DNA of 52,911 bases from Octopus bimaculoides (lineage: Eukaryota): the NCBI RefSeq assembly GCF_001194135.2, contig NC_068987.1, forward strand, positions 44,325,152-44,378,062. The letters run 5' to 3'. The translations under genes and the position numbers were made by a program. Shown piece by piece: positions 51,011 to 52,911 of the stretch; position 1 is the stretch's first letter, and every line of letters begins with the position of its first letter. The notes below the pieces were generated by a model that searched no databases, was not told where the DNA came from, and saw only the letters and a list, made by a program, of their open reading frames with translations.

Positions 51011-51572
51011 TACCCATGTGTTTGTGATTGAAGATATTAATTTGTCTGAACAATTCTCTATCTCAATCTTTCATATTCCCTTCTCAATTTAGTTTAAATT
51101 TAGAAATAATAATCTTCCAAACTACATTCACACTTCAAAACTTTACTGAGAACATACAAAACAATTTTATCAAGAGAAAGAAATCACCCAAACCTTAAAT
51201 CGTAGTTTGGGAATTGTAAACTGTCTCTGAAAAGATATCATAGAGTACAACTGTTGGCCCTGATTGTCTTCCATACAAAATATGCCATTGGTAGAACTCA
51301 AACTTTCAATAAACATTTCACCAATTGACTGAAATCACAGGAGACAGCAAACATAAACTTAATATCCTTGTCATCATTATCATCAAGGTTTATTGAGGAA
51401 GATTTTATACTACTGGATGCCCTTCCTGTTGCCAACACCTATCTGTTCCAGATCAAGATAAATATATCCCATGGCCAGACATGTTTTCACAGAATATTGT
51501 AAATGAAGGATACTGCTTGTAGGAGAGTGACACTCATTTACAAGTATGTAATGTCAAGACAAGGAGATACAA

Positions 51573-51647
<75 letters not shown>

Positions 51648-51651
<4 letters not shown>

Positions 51652-52908
51652 GTCATTAAGAAAGAAATGTCTGATTTTGAACTGAAAGTTTATTTTACTT
51701 TATTTATCTCAACAAAAAGCAATGCAGTTAATCAAAGTATGCACCTAAATTATCAACACAGTTTTGCCATTTTATCAGTAGCTTATTTATGCCAGCAGCA
51801 AAGAATTCTGGAGAGCAAGAGGTGATGAAATCATGAAAGGCTGTTTTTGCATCTTCAGATTTGAAGTTTTTTCCTTGCAAAACGTTGTCTAATGTCTAGA
51901 AAATGTGCTAGTCAGTTGGTGCAAGGTCTGGTGAATGTGATGGATGACAGAGTACTTCCAAGTTCAGTTCCTGTAACTTGAGTAGCATTCTTTGTGCAAC
52001 ATGTGGTCAACCATTGTCTTGCAAGAGAATTGGCCTGTCTCTATTGACCAATCTCGGTTGCTTAATTGCAACTTTACTCATCATTTCATCCAACTGGTTG
52101 ATGTATACATCCGCTCTAATTGACTTGCCAGATCTCATGAAACTGTTGTGGATGACACCAGTGCTGGACCACAAAACAGACACCATTAGCTTTTTTTGGT
52201 GAATATTTTTTTCTGGATTGTATTTTGGCACTTCATCTCTATGAAACCACCATTTAGAATGCTTGCTATTGTGGAAAAGAATCCATTTTTCATCACACGC
52301 AATAATACGATGCAAAAATGATTCGCTTTTATGCCATGACAGCAAAGAACAGCAAGTTTCAAAACAACATGCTTGTTCAGTTCATGTGGTATCCATTTAT
52401 CCAGCTTCTTTACCTTACCGATCTGTTTCAGGTGGTCCTATACAGTTGGAATCGAAACATCAAACTTTGCTGCTAACCCATATGTAGTTTGAGGTGTATC
52501 CACTTCCACTACAGTTTCCAGCTCATCATTAACCACCTTGGTTTCAGGTCTACCACAGAGTAAAGTCACCAGACCAGAACTTCTCAAACCATCCACATAC
52601 AGTGTGCTCATTCACCACATCTTCACCAAACACCCCATTGATGTTTCAAACTGTCTGGGATGCGTTGGTTCCATGACGGAACTCATATTCATAAACAACA
52701 CAAATTTTTGATCTATCCATGCGTTCACAAAAATTGATTTACAAGAGAAAACTTACAATATAATCAGACACCATGAATTGCATTTCGAAAAGTGGTGATG
52801 TAACTCTTCAATGCTGTAAAACAAAGAATTACAGGATAAAACATTAGAGTTAACGACTGTCAAACTTGATGCATAAGAAAATCAAATATTTTATTCTTAA
52901 TGACCTGA
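51648..52908 (-). mobile_element. Full-length-sized (1261 bp) defective mariner
   Basis: TIR TCAGGTCATTAAGAA.AAAT at both ends with flanking TA. IIACDEKWILFHN and ILLQDN motifs are present; the ORF is broken. Confidence 0.92.
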
Positions 52909-52911
52909 TAT

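Noticed and set aside
51104-51150. Candidate last exon reading K-NNNLPNY...
   Set aside because: It only superficially resembles NGFP/NNFP and stops after about 14 codons, with no further macrodomain similarity.

Overview
AT-rich, microsatellite- and repeat-dense animal DNA with many N gaps. The SINE families and assembly style suggest an octopus/coleoid genome (inference). The main gene is a plus-strand, intron-containing macroH2A histone variant. Seven coding exons could be assembled with GT-AG sites and continuous frame (9568-9739, 20571-20677, 24823-25113, 26591-26692, 28546-28636, 30453-30539, 38658-38835; 342 codons plus 2 nt). The terminal exon was not found. The rest is mostly decayed mobile DNA: mariner, Tc1 and Tigger transposons, foldback MITEs, Penelope-like elements, LINE remnants and many SINEs. 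The most interesting observations are four: (1) a type I hammerhead ribozyme with an intact core inside a 313-bp, 1.4-copy tandem repeat whose end lies near the predicted cleavage site (retrozyme-like); (2) a macrodomain that keeps the macroH2A1.1-type ADP-ribose residues but has a rewritten diphosphate-binding loop; (3) a CpG-rich candidate internal promoter that could yield a macrodomain-only isoform lacking the histone fold; (4) a possible parvovirus-like capsid remnant. No searches or folding programs were run; all alignments and folds are by eye.
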